A stretch of 62,192 nucleotides of DNA from Flavobacteriales bacterium (GTDB lineage Bacteria; Bacteroidota; Bacteroidia; Flavobacteriales_D; Sanyastnellaceae), in contig JADHRK010000001.1 in the NCBI GenBank assembly GCA_016777435.1, forward strand, positions 1 to 62,192, given 5' to 3'. The notes under the pieces are model-generated. The model searched no databases and was not told the DNA's origin. It saw only the letters and a list, made by a program, of their open reading frames with translations. Positions 1 through 9,393 of this stretch are shown here, piece by piece; the stretch's first letter is position 1, and every line of letters begins with the position of its first letter. A program made the translations under genes and the position numbers.

Positions 1-3000
1 CATTCCATCCAAACCGACGTCTTGCAAATCATAGGAGCCTGAAGTGTTGTCAAAAGCATTGACCACATTGAAGGTTGTGGGATCCGGATAAACACCCCAA
101 ACACCCTCCAACGTGGGCAAGTCCGGATTGTTCGACGAAGGCAAACCGTTCTCGTAAGAAAGCTGGCTATCGTTCAATACATCCTCGGAAACATTCCCCA
201 AATTGATGTAGAAATCGCCTCCAGTGAAGTTTTCCGAATCCTCATTGAACGGATCCATCAACCAAAACTGCATGTACTCAATGTTGGCTGCTTCAAAGTC
301 GGTGGTGGTCAATGCGCGCTGGATTCCACCCCATCGGGATGCGGGATCTTCCAATTTTCCTTCCGGCGTCAAACCCGCTGAAATGCCATTGGCACCTTGG
401 GGCACCTCGTAGTTGTAAGGACCTCGCTCATCCGGTCGCAGCGTAAAATCCAACGTTGGGATGTTGGGCGGTGTTCCCGTCGGCAATTCTCGGTTCGGAA
501 AAACTTCGCCCTCCAATACCTCACGGGTCCGGTGGTCGCTCTTGATTTCCGCACTTACTTGACCATCCTGCAAGCCACTTCCTCTAAAAAATTGCGGGTC
601 TACGGTATACCAGCTCAGTGCAGCTCGGTTGTAATTGTACAACAGGCTGTCTTCTGCGCTTCCCTCTGGAAAAAGGGCCGGTTGCAGTTTTGGCGTCGAT
701 GCCAAGAACCAACGGTTGACAGATCGAATGTCAATCGCTGACTGGCTGCCTTCAAAATCATCGATGTAAGCATTTCCATCCTGCCCAATCGCACGGCTAT
801 GGCCGGGAATCAGATAAGCCGCCTCCGCCGAAATGTCAATGTTGGAACCCGATGACGTCTCATAAAAAGGCAAGGCATCAATCAATTCTGTCAAGAACGG
901 TGCATCATCCTGATAACTAAAGTCCGCACCAAAGATGGAATTGTTCACCGGCTCATTGCCAATGTTGACTTTCTGTGTCAATGGCCGTTCCCGGAGATTT
1001 AGAAAGGTTGCTCCCAAGTTGAACCGCTCTCCGACGGCATAGTCAAAGCGCGTTCCCATCATCGTTTTGGTCTGGATGCTGAAGAGTGAGTTACTCTCCA
1101 AGGAAACCTTGATGTTCCGGCCCGACTCCAGCAGGCCATCGTTGATGATGCGCACACGTCCCAATTGATAATCAACCGTGTAATCTTGGTTTTCAATCAA
1201 ACGCACACCGCCGGCCGTCACTGTGACGGATCCTTCCGGAATGTTCATCGCCTGCAATGCAATCTCACTGCTGGTTTGGCTCTGAAACTCTCCCTTGATG
1301 CGGAATCGGTTAAGCGATGGGATTTGCTGTGCCGCTGTTTTCGTGCTGTCATACAAAGGCTGAAACACAATGCTCTCAATCAGATTTGCCGCCAAATCTG
1401 CGTCGTCAACCCGGTCCTCAATTTCACGTCTCAGATTGGAACCAAAAGGTTCGACGGATGGGAAGAAAATTCGGCCGTTTTGACTGTGAATCGTACCGCC
1501 AGTAGTGGCCGCATTGTCGACAAAATCGAAGACACCATCCGGTTGACTCATTCCGTTAATATCAAGCCGGTCCATCCCCAATAACTGCAATAATAATGTG
1601 CCATCGAGGGGATTGCGCGGGATGTAATTCAGGTCAACACCAGTGGCAGGGTCATTGTACCAAATGTTCAATCGGAAATTTTCCTCACTGAGCCCAAACG
1701 CCTGCATGGAGTAGACGTTTTTCATCATGGTTCGCCATAGCGGAGCCTGCGAACCATCGCTCAAACGCAACTGTGTGATGCTGGATTTGAGCATCTTCAA
1801 AATGAGGGCACTCGGAGCGGTATATCCATCTTGCGATAAAGTTCCTACCTGATGCGTTTCCCCATTTAAGGTGTACTCATACGCCACAGCAAGCACCTCG
1901 GCGTTGTTCAATGCCTGGCGCAACGAAATGAAACCCAATCGGGAGTTATAGCTGAATTCTGTGGGAGCGAGTTTCCGCGCATTACCAACGCGCTCGTAGT
2001 GGATCCCTTGAGTCAAACCAAGTCCCATCGCGCCAATTGCGCCATTGGCCCCGGTAAAACCCATGACGTCTGGGTTGTTCACCATCATGTCGAACAACGC
2101 GTTGTTCGCATTGGTCGGGTTCGCACGGAGCTCATCTGGGTTGCCCGCTAAATCTCCTACGGGTAGGTTGGATGAAATGTATCCGGGGTTTTCCCCCAAA
2201 TCCGTGAAGCCAATCACATTGCGAACGTCCTGTGTATTCGCTTGTGTATTGACCACCCAAACTTCAATCCGGGTTACATTGGCTCCAGAACTCGGCACGG
2301 GCAAACTGCGCATCGCTTCGTCATACGCGTCCAAAAAATACTGCGAAAGGAAATAGTGGCGGTTGGCCTCGTAATCGTCCGCTCGAATATCAAACTCCTG
2401 GGTTTGCGCCCCGCCTTCCACCTCGATCTCCTTTCGCTCGCCTTTTTGCTGAGAAAAGACGGTCGTGTTATACAGTCGACCCCACTGTGTTTCCAGTTTT
2501 ACACCAAAAAGGCTCTGGCTCCCTGTGATCAGGGTCCCGGGCAAGGGCATGGAAATGTGTCCCGCTTCAAAATTCTTGAGTATGTCATCCTCTTCGCCTT
2601 GGAAGCCAATGTTCATTTGATTCTCAAAGTCGAACAATGCCTCGGTATTATAATTGGTTCCTAAGTCGATTTTGTCGCCAATCTTTCCGCCAATATTGAG
2701 TTGAATGCGCTGGTCGAAGTCAAAGGTGGTGATGCGGCGCTGGCGCTCTGGAATTCGCGGGTTTTCGGTGTTTGAAATGTTCACCCCAAATGTCAGCTCC
2801 GCTGAACCTTGCGGTTTTATTTCGATCTCATTGCTCCCAAATATGGTCTCAAACAACTTACTGTCCACGGTGAGCTTCGGAGCAAAAGCCCGTTCCGCTT
2901 CGTCGTCTTCCACTTGCAGTTCATTCCAGTACTCGGTGAGGTTTCCCTCCATGTCGAAATTGAGGTACTCGTCCAAGGTCAAGAATGTTGTAGGTCGGTA

Positions 3001-3291
3001 TTGGATCGTATCACCTACAAGCTGCTGGATGCTGTACATCCCTGTTTCTTCATCAAGAACAATTTCATAGGTGAAATTGCTCGGCCAAGCGAAGTCAAAT
3101 CCAGCAGGAGATTCGATGGGATTGAATGGGTCTTCCCCGCCAAATGGAAAAGGCAGGTTAATGGTCAAGCTATCCCCTTCACTTCCACCATTGGAAGTTT
3201 GTGCAACCCCTTTGAATGCATCGCACGAGAGGGCAATCAACGCCAAGGCTGCTCCCAAAATTCGAGAATGATATGCCGCTGTTTTCAGCAT
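1..3291 (-). CDS. sprA: T9SS translocon / gliding-motility protein SprA (Sov), N-terminal ~1097 codons. The 3' end lies beyond the window start.
   Basis: Absent from the ORF track because it has no stop inside the window. Hand translation from the ATG at 3291 gives MLKTAAYHSRILGAALALIALSC..., then ...TFDFDQRIQLNIGGKIGDKIDLGTNYNTEALFDFENQMNIGFQGEEDDILKNFEAGHISMPLPGTLITGSQSLFGVKLETQWG..., which matches the SprA N-terminal signature as I remember it. No other minus-strand ORF >=60 aa is listed between 555 and 3290, consistent with one uninterrupted frame. Plus-strand ORFs here look like shadows. Confidence 0.75.
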   Translation of the reverse strand, partial: MLKTAAYHSRILGAALALIALSCDAFKGVAQTSNGGSEGDSLTINLPFPFGGEDPFNPIESPAGFDFAWPSNFTYEIVLDEETGMYSIQQLVGDTIQYRPTTFLTLDEYLNFDMEGNLTEYWNELQVEDDEAERAFAPKLTVDSKLFETIFGSNEIEIKPQGSAELTFGVNISNTENPRIPERQRRITTFDFDQRIQLNIGGKIGDKIDLGTNYNTEALFDFENQMNIGFQGEEDDILKNFEAGHISMPLPGTLITGSQSLFGVKLETQWGRLYNTTVFSQQKGERKEIEVEGGAQTQEFDIRADDYEANRHYFLSQYFLDAYDEAMRSLPVPSSGANVTRIEVWVVNTQANTQDVRNVIGFTDLGENPGYISSNLPVGDLAGNPDELRANPTNANNALFDMMVNNPDVMGFTGANGAIGAMGLGLTQGIHYERVGNARKLAPTEFSYNSRLGFISLRQALNNAEVLAVAYEYTLNGETHQVGTLSQDGYTAPSALILKMLKSSITQLRLSDGSQAPLWRTMMKNVYSMQAFGLSEENFRLNIWYNDPATGVDLNYIPRNPLDGTLLLQLLGMDRLDINGMSQPDGVFDFVDNAATTGGTIHSQNGRIFFPSVEPFGSNLRREIEDRVDDADLAANLIESIVFQPLYDSTKTAAQQIPSLNRFRIKGEFQSQTSSEIALQAMNIPEGSVTVTAGGVRLIENQDYTVDYQLGRVRIINDGLLESGRNIKVSLESNSLFSIQTKTMMGTRFDYAVGERFNLGATFLNLRERPLTQKVNIGNEPVNNSIFGADFSYQDDAPFLTELIDALPFYETSSGSNIDISAEAAYLIPGHSRAIGQDGNAYIDDFEGSQSAIDIRSVNRWFLASTPKLQPALFPEGSAEDSLLYNYNRAALSWYTVDPQFFRGSGLQDGQVSAEIKSDHRTREVLEGEVFPNRELPTGTPPNIPTLDFTLRPDERGPYNYEVPQGANGISAGLTPEGKLEDPASRWGGIQRALTTTDFEAANIEYMQFWLMDPFNEDSENFTGGDFYINLGNVSEDVLNDSQLSYENGLPSSNNPDLPTLEGVWGVYPDPTTFNVVNAFDNTSGSYDLQDVGLDGM

Positions 3292-3887
3292 CATAGTCGC
3301 TTCAATGCATATTTAATGAGATCCTCCACCGCATCAACTTCCGGAGATTCTTTTGCAATTTGGTCCAATGTTTTCTCACACCGTCCTCGGTCAAAACCAA
3401 GGGTAGTGAGCGCAACTAACGCATCGTGCCGTGAATTATTGCTCGCGGCACCACCAAGCGATGGCGATCCGCTACCAGCGCTGCTCAAAGCCCCCAATTT
3501 ATCTTGCAAATCGATGATGATTCGTTGCGCAGTTTTTGCCCCGATTCCCTTGACACTTTTCATGGCATTCACATCGCCTTGTTGGATGGCATGTCGCGCC
3601 GTATTCGGATCCATGGCACTGAGAATCATGCGGGCGGTATTCGCACCAACGCCACTCACGCTGAGCAGCATCAGAAACAATTCCCGTTCATCTGGCTGCG
3701 CAAATCCATACAGCAACTGCGCATCCTCGCGCACCACCATGTGCGTGTGCAGCATGGCAAGTTCATCCGTACCTAGTTGCTGGAAGGTGTGCAAACTAAT
3801 GTGCACTTGATAACCGACCCCAGCACATTCAATCACAGCAAACGTGGGGGTTTTCTCTACCAACCGGCCTTTCAGGTGATGGATCAT
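3291..3887 (-). CDS. ruvA: Holliday junction branch migration complex subunit RuvA
   Basis: 198 aa, MIHHLKGRLVEKTPTFAVIECAGVGYQVHISLHTF..., with HhH region VSGVGANTARMILS...VKGIGAKTAQRII. The stop TGA overlaps the sprA ATG by 1 nt, and the start overlaps the maeB stop (ATGA). Confidence 0.9.
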   Translation of the reverse strand: MIHHLKGRLVEKTPTFAVIECAGVGYQVHISLHTFQQLGTDELAMLHTHMVVREDAQLLYGFAQPDERELFLMLLSVSGVGANTARMILSAMDPNTARHAIQQGDVNAMKSVKGIGAKTAQRIIIDLQDKLGALSSAGSGSPSLGGAASNNSRHDALVALTTLGFDRGRCEKTLDQIAKESPEVDAVEDLIKYALKRL

Positions 3888-6169
3888 GGTTGTTTCTTGT
3901 TTTGTGCGTCAACCACCGCAAGCCGCACCATGTCATGGATTTCGCGGACCGACGAGCCCATTTGCAACACGTGGAATGATTTCCTCATTCCCAAGAGCAC
4001 AGGACCCTGCACCTCAATTCCTGCCATCTCTTGCAGGAGTTTGTAAGCAATATTTCCGGAAGCGAGATTGGGGAAGATCAAGGTGTTTACCCGTTTCTCA
4101 TGAAGCGTCGAGAATGGGAACGATTCAGAAAGCAACTCATCGTTCAACGCGAAATTGGCTTGAATCTCGCCGTCCACGATCAAATCGGGGTGCTTTTCTT
4201 TCAAGATGCGGGCGGCCTCGGCCATTTTTTCGGCATCGACTCCACTGGCCGACCCAAAATTGGAATAGCTCAGCAATGCAATCCGTGGCACGATTCGAAG
4301 GCTTCGAACAGCTCGGGCGGTCAGCACAGCAATGGAAGCTATTTCTTCGGCTGTCGGGTTCAAATTGACGGTTGTATCCGCGAAAAACATGGGCCCACGC
4401 TTGGTTTCAAGGATGTACATTCCAGCCACCTTTTCGGCGTCTTCCGCCTTTCCAATCACCTGCAGTGCCGGCCGTATGACGGAAGGGTATGTCCGTGTCA
4501 GTCCTGAAATCAAAGCATCCGCGCGACCCGTTCGCACCATCATTGCCCCATAATAGTTGCGCTGACGCATCAAGCGTTCGCCTTCCCGTGCTGTCAAACC
4601 ATGGCGCATCCGGATCTGAAAAAACTCATCGCCAAACGCCGTTCGATTCTCCAACTCTTCGTTCACGCGGGGGTTTATGACCTCCACACCGTCCAACTCC
4701 AAGCTATGCTCTTCGATCAAGGCTTCGATGACCGATCGACGACCGAGTAAGATGGGGATAGCAATGCCTTCCGCCTTTGCCTGTTCGGCCGCCTTTAAGA
4801 CTTTATAATGATCTCCTTCGGCGAAGACCACTCGTTTCGGCGCTTTTTTCGCACGATCTGCAATGGTGCGCGCAAAACCTGAATCGTATCCAGTTCGATT
4901 CAACAATTCCTTTTTATAAGCTTCCCAATCCTTGATGGGGTGCCGGGCCACACCTGAATCCATAGCGGCCTTGGCCACAGCCGGAGCGACGTACGTGATG
5001 AGTCGGGGATCCAAGGGCTTCGGAATGATTAAATCCCGCCCAAACACAAACGACTGATGCCCATAAGCTTCAGCTACTTCGTCGGGAACATTCTCTTTGG
5101 CAAGCTCTGCAATCGCGCGAACTGCCGCAATTTTCATGGCATCGTTAATCGATGTGGATCGCACATCCAAGGCACCCCGAAAAATGAATGGGAAACCCAA
5201 CACATTATTGACCTGGTTGGGATGATCGGAACGACCTGTCGCCATAATAATGTCATCTCGGACACTCAAAGCTTCGTCATATGCAATTTCTGGATCGGGA
5301 TTGGCCAAGGCGAAAACAATCGGGTGATCCGCCATGGAGGCCACCATTTCCCGGGTTACGAGGCCACCCTTACTCAAGCCCAGAAACACATCTGCTCCTT
5401 TCATAGCCGCCTCTAAGTCTTCAAAAACATTGTCTCCTGCGTATTTCTCCTTCGACTCGACCAGCCCCTCCCGTCGGGTGTTGATGTGCCCTCGGCTATC
5501 AAAAACATCGGCTTGCTCGGGTGACATCCCCAGTTGTTCATACAAATCCAAACAGCTCATCGCAGCGGCGCCCGCGCCACTCACCACAATGCGGACGTCC
5601 TTGATGTCCTTTCCCGCTAATTCCAGCGCATTCAGCAAGGCCGCTGAAGAAATAATGGCTGTTCCGTGTTGATCATCGTGCATGACCGGGATGTCCAGTT
5701 CTGCTTTCAATCGACGCTCAATCTCAAATGCCTCTGGCGCCTTGATGTCTTCCAAATTGATGCCGCCAAACGTTGGAGCAATCGCCTTCACCGTGGAAAT
5801 AAAGTGGTCAATGTCTGTGGCGTCGACCTCAATGTCAAATACATCAATGTCCGCAAAAACTTTGAACAACACCCCTTTGCCTTCCATCACCGGCTTACTG
5901 GCCTCGGGACCAATATCTCCCAAGCCAAGAACGGCGGTACCATTGGTAACAACTGCCACCAAGTTGCCTTTCGCCGTGTATTTATAGACATCTTGGGGGT
6001 TTTCTGCAATGGCCATGCACGGCTCTGCCACTCCAGGGCTATACGCCAAGGACAAGTCATTTTGTGAACTGTAAGGTTTGGTCGGTATCACCTCAATCTT
6101 GCCCTTTCGACCTCGACTGTGGTATTCCAACGCTGCCTTCTTACTGGATGAATGCATTTTGTTGCTCAT
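3884..6169 (-). CDS. maeB: NADP-dependent malic enzyme (malic enzyme domain plus phosphate-acetyltransferase-like domain)
   Basis: ALEYHSRGRKGKIEVIPTKP...LSLAYSPGVAEPC, a Rossmann motif VVSGAGAAA, and a C-terminal PTA-like half. Start is set at the in-frame ATG 6169 (MSNKMHSSSKKAALEYH). The longer track ORF to 6304 would overlap the 3' end of the upstream co-oriented gene (stop at 6223). Confidence 0.9.
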   Translation of the reverse strand: MSNKMHSSSKKAALEYHSRGRKGKIEVIPTKPYSSQNDLSLAYSPGVAEPCMAIAENPQDVYKYTAKGNLVAVVTNGTAVLGLGDIGPEASKPVMEGKGVLFKVFADIDVFDIEVDATDIDHFISTVKAIAPTFGGINLEDIKAPEAFEIERRLKAELDIPVMHDDQHGTAIISSAALLNALELAGKDIKDVRIVVSGAGAAAMSCLDLYEQLGMSPEQADVFDSRGHINTRREGLVESKEKYAGDNVFEDLEAAMKGADVFLGLSKGGLVTREMVASMADHPIVFALANPDPEIAYDEALSVRDDIIMATGRSDHPNQVNNVLGFPFIFRGALDVRSTSINDAMKIAAVRAIAELAKENVPDEVAEAYGHQSFVFGRDLIIPKPLDPRLITYVAPAVAKAAMDSGVARHPIKDWEAYKKELLNRTGYDSGFARTIADRAKKAPKRVVFAEGDHYKVLKAAEQAKAEGIAIPILLGRRSVIEALIEEHSLELDGVEVINPRVNEELENRTAFGDEFFQIRMRHGLTAREGERLMRQRNYYGAMMVRTGRADALISGLTRTYPSVIRPALQVIGKAEDAEKVAGMYILETKRGPMFFADTTVNLNPTAEEIASIAVLTARAVRSLRIVPRIALLSYSNFGSASGVDAEKMAEAARILKEKHPDLIVDGEIQANFALNDELLSESFPFSTLHEKRVNTLIFPNLASGNIAYKLLQEMAGIEVQGPVLLGMRKSFHVLQMGSSVREIHDMVRLAVVDAQNKKQP

Positions 6170-6222
6170 GCAATGGTTCCTTCTTTCCTCTCGCTCCTTT
6201 GTTGCTCTATCTCCTCGATCAT

Positions 6223-7002
6223 TCAGTGGTTTACCACAAATCGTTCGGATATACCGTCGCCATTTTTTGTCTGCAAGCTGATGATATAAATCCCCGCGTC
6301 CCATTGCGCAGCATCGATATAGACAACACCGTGCTGAGCCAAAAGCTGGGTCTCTTCCATGATCCGTCCGCTTCCATCAAAAATGGTCATCGTTGCACTG
6401 GTGGCTCCGTTCAAATGGTAAGGAAACGATGAAATCCCTGTCACAGGCTGCGGGAAAACAGGTTCCGAAGTGATTGCAGCATTCGGCTCGTCTACGTTCA
6501 AGGCACAATTATCTGCATCCAAACAGTACAGCACCATCTGGCACGTGCCCGCATCGATGTCATCCACAGGATGAAAGCAATATTCAAGCGCGGTAACACC
6601 GGCCACCCCCGCAGGATAATAGTCGGCAATGAACGTAGTGTCCGTTTCTTCTGGTGCCAGCGTCACCAAAAATAATTGTGAATCAAATGAGCAAAAAACC
6701 CCATACGGATAACACAATGGTCCCCAGCAAAAGCGGTCGTATGCCCCCTCATTATTCGCGTCGTAAGGCAAGTTGTAAGGACTCACGAGTTGTTCAATGT
6801 TTCGCGTGACTTTCAAGGTCAGGGTGTCCTCCGTCAAATTGGTGACATCCCAGTGAATCGCAATTTCGGCGTTTTCTGGATCGTCAATAGATCCTTCAAA
6901 AACCTCAATAGGATCAACCAGCGTAGGTTGTGCAATTGCATTGTCCACTAGAAAACTCGCACACAGCGCGGCAGCGATTAGGATAGGTCTTAGCTCCTTC
7001 AT
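6223..7002 (-). CDS. Cys-rich secreted hypothetical protein with a T9SS C-terminal sorting domain
   Basis: The internal ATG at 7002 gives the signal peptide MKELRPILIAAALCASFLVDNAIAQ. The C-terminus ...SSFPYHLNGATSATMTIFDGSGRIMEE...AGIYIISLQTKNGDGISERFVVNH resembles a type-A Por_Secre_tail. There are about 7 Cys in the mature part. Confidence 0.6.
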   Translation of the reverse strand: MKELRPILIAAALCASFLVDNAIAQPTLVDPIEVFEGSIDDPENAEIAIHWDVTNLTEDTLTLKVTRNIEQLVSPYNLPYDANNEGAYDRFCWGPLCYPYGVFCSFDSQLFLVTLAPEETDTTFIADYYPAGVAGVTALEYCFHPVDDIDAGTCQMVLYCLDADNCALNVDEPNAAITSEPVFPQPVTGISSFPYHLNGATSATMTIFDGSGRIMEETQLLAQHGVVYIDAAQWDAGIYIISLQTKNGDGISERFVVNH

Positions 7003-7103
7003 GGGGCGAAGATACCGAGATTGGCTTGGAAATTGCGCGTGATAATGACAACCTTTGGACACTTTCCTTTTAATTTGTTGTCCCTTGCACAACCACGAAA
7101 CGC

Positions 7104-7610
7104 ATGAACAGAAAATCACATCCCATTCAAAGCGCATTAGCAGCACTAATGATTGTTGCATTCGCGAGTTATTCAACGGCACAGACCTTGCCCAACGTGC
7201 AATTGAAAAACATGGATGGAGAACCTATCGCCACAAGCGATTTGGTGAAGGAGGGAAGCCCTACCCTCATCTGTTTTTGGGCAACGTGGTGCAGCCCTTG
7301 CAAACGCGAACTCAACAATTACGCCGAGCTTTACGACGATTGGCAAGATGAAACCGATGTCACTATTGTCGCGGTAAGCATCGATGACCAACGAAGCATC
7401 CGCCGTGTTGCTCCCTATGTCAACAGCGTTCTTTGGGATTACGAAATTTTATTGGATCCCAACAAGGATTTTGCGCGAGCAATGCAAGTAATGAATGTTC
7501 CGCATACATTCCTTGTCAACGGAGAAGGGGAAATCGTTTGGCAACACAATAATTACTCTGATGGTGACGAAGAAGAAGTTTACGAACAACTTTTGAAGCT
7601 CGCCGAATGA
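7104..7610 (+). CDS. Periplasmic TlpA-like thiol:disulfide oxidoreductase (redoxin/AhpC-TSA fold)
   Basis: Signal peptide plus LICFWATWCSPCKRELNNY, a CxxC in thioredoxin-fold context. 168 aa. Confidence 0.8.
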   Translation: MNRKSHPIQSALAALMIVAFASYSTAQTLPNVQLKNMDGEPIATSDLVKEGSPTLICFWATWCSPCKRELNNYAELYDDWQDETDVTIVAVSIDDQRSIRRVAPYVNSVLWDYEILLDPNKDFARAMQVMNVPHTFLVNGEGEIVWQHNNYSDGDEEEVYEQLLKLAE

Positions 7611-9289
7611 ATTGGAAAGTCACTGTAGTTGCAACCCTTCTATTCCCAGCTCTTGCATTCGGCCAAGGACAAGAACGGGAGGCCGGAAGCGTTTCTGGAA
7701 ACCTTCAAATGCTGTGGCAGAGTTACAGCGAAGACCCCATCATCGGCGCCATTGTTCCACCCGAACAATCCGGGTTCAATGCCTTTGGCAACCTTATCTA
7801 CCAACAAGGTGGATTCAGCGCCGGCGTGCGCTATGAATCCTACTTGAATGCGGTTCTCGGTTTTCCTGGACGTTTCAAGGGCAGCGGGATTGGCTACCGC
7901 TATGCTCGGTACGCGGATCCCACAGGAAAAGTGGACTTTACCGTAGGCAATTTCTACGAACAATTTGGAAGCGGTATGATTCTCCGAGCCTACGAAGAAA
8001 GGGCCTTGGGCATCGACAACGCACTCGATGGCATTCGCTTGATCCTTCGTCCAATTGAAGGCGTTGAGGTCAAAGCAATTTATGGCAAGCAGCGGCTTGA
8101 CTTCGACAGTCGGCTCATCAATGGATCAGGCATTGTGCGCGCTGTTGACGGATCGATTGATGTCAATGGCCTTTTCTCCGACCGGGGTGGATACGACTGG
8201 AAAACCAAAATTCGGCTCGGAGCTAGTTTTGTGAGCAAGTTCCAAGACGGAGGAACCATCACCAAGGACTCCTTGATTCTAACCCTGCCTGAAAATATTG
8301 GCGCTTGGTCTTATCGGCTCGATCTCCAGCGCAGTGGATGGAATGCGGGGCTCGAATACTCTGGAAAAATCAATGACCCAAGTGCGGACAATGGATACAC
8401 GTACCGAAACGGCGAAGCCCTTTTAGCGAGCCTTGGATACACGCGAAGAGGATTGGGGATCAGCATCAATGCGAAGACGGTCGACAACATGAGCTTCCGT
8501 TCCGATCGCGATGTATTGTTGTTCGACCTGCCTGTCAATTACATTCCGGCGATCACCCAACAACACACCTACAACCTCGCTGCAACACTTTATCCTTACG
8601 CTACCGTGATTTCTGGAGAATCGAGCGCCAGCGCAGAATTGTTCTACAACATCCCCAAAGGCTCACTTCTGGGCGGGAAATATGGTACTTCATTGAGCAT
8701 CAACTTCGCTGCTGCCAATGGACTAGACACCACTCAACTTTCAGGCCAGGATGAACTTGTTTACGGCTATGAACGGAATTCATGGGGTTTCGGCCCAAGC
8801 AAATTCGTTCGTGATTTCAATGTTCAGATTAGCCGAAAGGTCTCCAAAAAGTTCAAGTGGAAATACACCTTCTACAACCTGGAATTTAACACCCTCGCAA
8901 CCCCTGTCACAACTACTTTCAAAGGCATCGTTTATGCCGACATTCATGTGGTAGAAACCCAAGTTAAAACGCGAAAGAGACAAAGCCTCAGAACGGAACT
9001 CCAAGCACTCTTCACCGAGCAAGACAAAGGCGATTGGGCGACTTTTCTCGCGGAGTATACATGGAGCCCACATTGGTTTGTGAGCATTGTTGATCAATAC
9101 AATTTCGGCAACAATGATCCCGATGCACGTGTTCATTATTTGTATGGAGCTGTGGGCCGAATAGATGGCCCTCATCGGCTTTCTATTGGCTATGGAAAAA
9201 GACGAGAAGGAATCTTTTGCATTGGGGGTGTATGCCGCGCAGTGCCGGCTTCAAACGGCTTCGAAGTGAATTTCACGAGCAGTTTTTGA
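7607..9289 (+). CDS. Putative outer-membrane beta-barrel protein (DUF6029-like, name tentative)
   Basis: ATGA overlap with the preceding TlpA-like gene. Signal peptide MNWKVTVVATLLFPALAFGQ. Composition is Gly/Tyr/Asn-rich with an alternating pattern. The C-terminal residue is aromatic (...FEVNFTSSF), as is typical for OMPs. Confidence 0.5.
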   Translation: MNWKVTVVATLLFPALAFGQGQEREAGSVSGNLQMLWQSYSEDPIIGAIVPPEQSGFNAFGNLIYQQGGFSAGVRYESYLNAVLGFPGRFKGSGIGYRYARYADPTGKVDFTVGNFYEQFGSGMILRAYEERALGIDNALDGIRLILRPIEGVEVKAIYGKQRLDFDSRLINGSGIVRAVDGSIDVNGLFSDRGGYDWKTKIRLGASFVSKFQDGGTITKDSLILTLPENIGAWSYRLDLQRSGWNAGLEYSGKINDPSADNGYTYRNGEALLASLGYTRRGLGISINAKTVDNMSFRSDRDVLLFDLPVNYIPAITQQHTYNLAATLYPYATVISGESSASAELFYNIPKGSLLGGKYGTSLSINFAAANGLDTTQLSGQDELVYGYERNSWGFGPSKFVRDFNVQISRKVSKKFKWKYTFYNLEFNTLATPVTTTFKGIVYADIHVVETQVKTRKRQSLRTELQALFTEQDKGDWATFLAEYTWSPHWFVSIVDQYNFGNNDPDARVHYLYGAVGRIDGPHRLSIGYGKRREGIFCIGGVCRAVPASNGFEVNFTSSF

Positions 9290-9355
9290 GCCCTTCAAAC
9301 AACGCTTTGTAACATTTGTTTCTCTTCGCTCTCAAAAAAGCATATTTTTTTTTGC

Positions 9356-9363
9356 TAAATTTG
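9356..9363 (+). promoter_or_regulatory. Bacteroidota-type -7 promoter box (TAnnTTTG)
   Basis: TAAATTTG lies 31 nt upstream of the ATG at 9394. Confidence 0.35.
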
Positions 9364-9393
9364 ACTTGAATAAGAAACTCTAAAACTGCTGGA

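Noticed and set aside
2809-3810. A 333-aa plus-strand ORF spanning the sprA/ruvA junction, plus other plus-strand ORFs in 224-3271
   Set aside because: They are antisense to well-supported sprA and ruvA frames. Their composition is low-complexity and Cys/Ser/Arg-rich, and they have no motifs.
6170-6304. A 45-codon N-terminal extension of maeB in the ORF track
   Set aside because: It would overlap the 3' end of the upstream gene (stop at 6223). The extension is highly basic and unlike malic enzyme N-termini, and the in-frame ATG at 6169 gives a normal N-terminus.
7040-7048. TGATAATGA, a Fur-box-like half-site in the divergent spacer upstream of the TlpA-like operon
   Set aside because: Only one half of the 19-bp consensus is present and there is no dyad partner. 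That is insufficient to call an operator.
9331-9353. The A6-GCATAT-T10 stretch after the 560-aa barrel gene, considered as a possible terminator
   Set aside because: The stem would be purely A:T and very unstable. It more likely belongs to the AT-rich promoter region of the next gene.
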